Below, piece by piece: positions 62,985-64,000 of a stretch of DNA of 64,000 bases. The position numbers and the translations under genes are program-made. Each line of letters starts with the position of its first letter. The first letter of the stretch is position 1. The stretch covers positions 23,064,001-23,128,000 of the forward strand of contig NC_043006.1 in assembly GCF_006345805.1 (NCBI RefSeq), in the 5' to 3' direction. The DNA comes from Octopus sinensis. Lineage: Eukaryota. The notes beneath the pieces are model-generated. The model saw nothing but the letters and a program-made list of their open reading frames with translations, was not told the origin of the DNA and made no database searches.

Positions 62985-63780
62985 ACCTTATCTGTCTCCC
63001 CATCCACCAGACCTCTATTTCCGCTCTCACTCTCCCTCCTCCCTCTCTCTCCCTCTGCAATCGTTTCTCTTTCTGCATCTCTCTCAGATCAACTTTCTCT
63101 CACCTCACCCCCTCTCTCAGTTCCTCAACTTCACTCATTCTCTCTCTCTGTTACTCCCCCTCCCTCTCTCTGCCTCTTTCCTCTCCGCTCCTTCACAGGT
63201 CAAACCCCTTTTCCTCTTCCCCTTCTGTCCCCTTATTTCTTTCTCTACACACCACCCTCCCTGTCCCTTTACTACACTCTGTTGCGCCCCCTCTCTTCCT
63301 CTTCCCCTTTTTTCTTCCTACCTTTCCTCTCCCTGTTCCCTCTAAGGCTCACCACCCCCTGTCTCTTTTTTCCTCTCTCTGTCTCCTTCCTCCACACCAC
63401 CCTCTCTGTCCCTTTACTTCACTCCCTGGTACCTCTATCCTGCCCTCTCTCTCTCTCCCTCTCCATTTTCTCTCTCCTTCCTCTCCATTTTATCTCTCCG
63501 CCTTTCTTCTCCCTGCTCCCCCTAGGGCCCACCCTCTTGTCTCTCTTTTCCACCCTGTCCCTTTCTACTACAACCTACACCTCTATCCCGCTCACTCTCC
63601 CCCTGCTGACCTGCCATTCTTTCACCTTTCTCTTTTTTCCTCTTATTTTCTCTCTCTCTTTCTCTCTCTCTCAGGACAATCCCCTCGTCTCTCTCTATCC
63701 CCCCCTGGCTTTTCTCCTTTCTCTTCTCCCTCTCCATATCTCTCCTTCTCTATCGCTCTCTCTCTGTTCCTATATTTCAC
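62985..63780. repeat. Polypyrimidine low-complexity tract, preceded by a decayed tandem duplication (about 62660-62850 / 62851-62985)
   Basis: Direct reading. It ends at a TAG just before the Myb/SANT-like ORF. Confidence 0.9.
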
Positions 63781-63789
63781 TAGAAGAAA

Positions 63790-64000
63790 ATGGCAAGAAA
63801 CTGGTCTGCGAGAGTGGTGCAATTGTTCGTCCGCGCTTGGAGGATCGCTGAGGACGACTCGCCGAACGACATTATTGCTGCGGCGCTGAAAAGCAACAAT
63901 TTTTCGAGAACCACCGCCCAGATAGAGCGAAAGAAGAGAGAAGTTATCCGTTCGTATGCTCTAATCAGGCAACATGTGGACACCCTGGACATCATCCTGG
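63790..64000 (+). CDS. Myb/SANT-like (trihelix/MADF-type) DNA-binding-domain ORF, open at the window end
   Basis: MARNWSARVVQLFVRAWRIAEDDSPNDIIAAALKSNNFSRTTAQIERKKREVIRSYALIRQHVDTLDIIL: 70 stop-free codons with W-S-x6-F-x3-W ... I-A-x2-L-x5-R-T-x2-Q-x3-K-x7-Y spacing. ATG context is aaaATGg, preceded by a pyrimidine tract and TAG acceptor (AG 63782-63783). GC/CpG content is higher than in the flanks. Confidence 0.6.
   Translation, partial: MARNWSARVVQLFVRAWRIAEDDSPNDIIAAALKSNNFSRTTAQIERKKREVIRSYALIRQHVDTLDIIL

Larger units (their letters stand above)
53407..64000 (-). other. Last intron of Wnt4 (>10.5 kb, continues beyond the window)
   Basis: The acceptor is at 53407-53408. No sequence coding the preceding Wnt exon (GCSDN...MNLHNNEAG) was found by eye in the window. 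Confidence 0.75.

Noticed and set aside
62660-62985. Biologically meaningful tandem duplication
   Set aside because: The copies differ by many indels in low-complexity DNA and cannot be distinguished from consensus noise without reads.
53407-64000. Additional Wnt4 exons
   Set aside because: No minus-strand frame with GCSDN, MNLHNN or other Wnt motifs was found by eye.

Overview
AT-rich, microsatellite- and transposon-dense animal genomic DNA. The SINE families and simple-repeat load suggest an octopod cephalopod (inference, not a database result). There is a 100-N scaffold gap at 43478-43577. The only securely identified host gene is the last coding exon of Wnt4 on the minus strand (53406-52939); its upstream exons lie beyond the window. 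A second, plus-strand ORF with a Myb/SANT (trihelix/MADF)-like domain starts at 63790 after a ~0.8-kb polypyrimidine tract and AG acceptor and runs off the window, apparently nested antisense in the Wnt4 intron. The rest is mostly repeats: tRNA-derived SINEs with swappable tails (many with clean TSDs); RTE/BovB, R4/Dong, Tx1-like ORF1 and Penelope-like fragments; hAT- and piggyBac-type MITEs; Helitrons; and several long hairpins. Most interesting: the nested Myb/SANT ORF, a perfect 61-bp-arm palindrome in the Wnt4 intron, a tandem ORF1-only LINE-like element sharing its tail with a SINE, a ~470-bp element found only inside (TAA)n tracts next to R4/Dong relics, and hammerhead-like motifs in Penelope-type terminal repeats. 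Almost all ORF-track entries are translations of simple repeats or repeat fragments, not genes.
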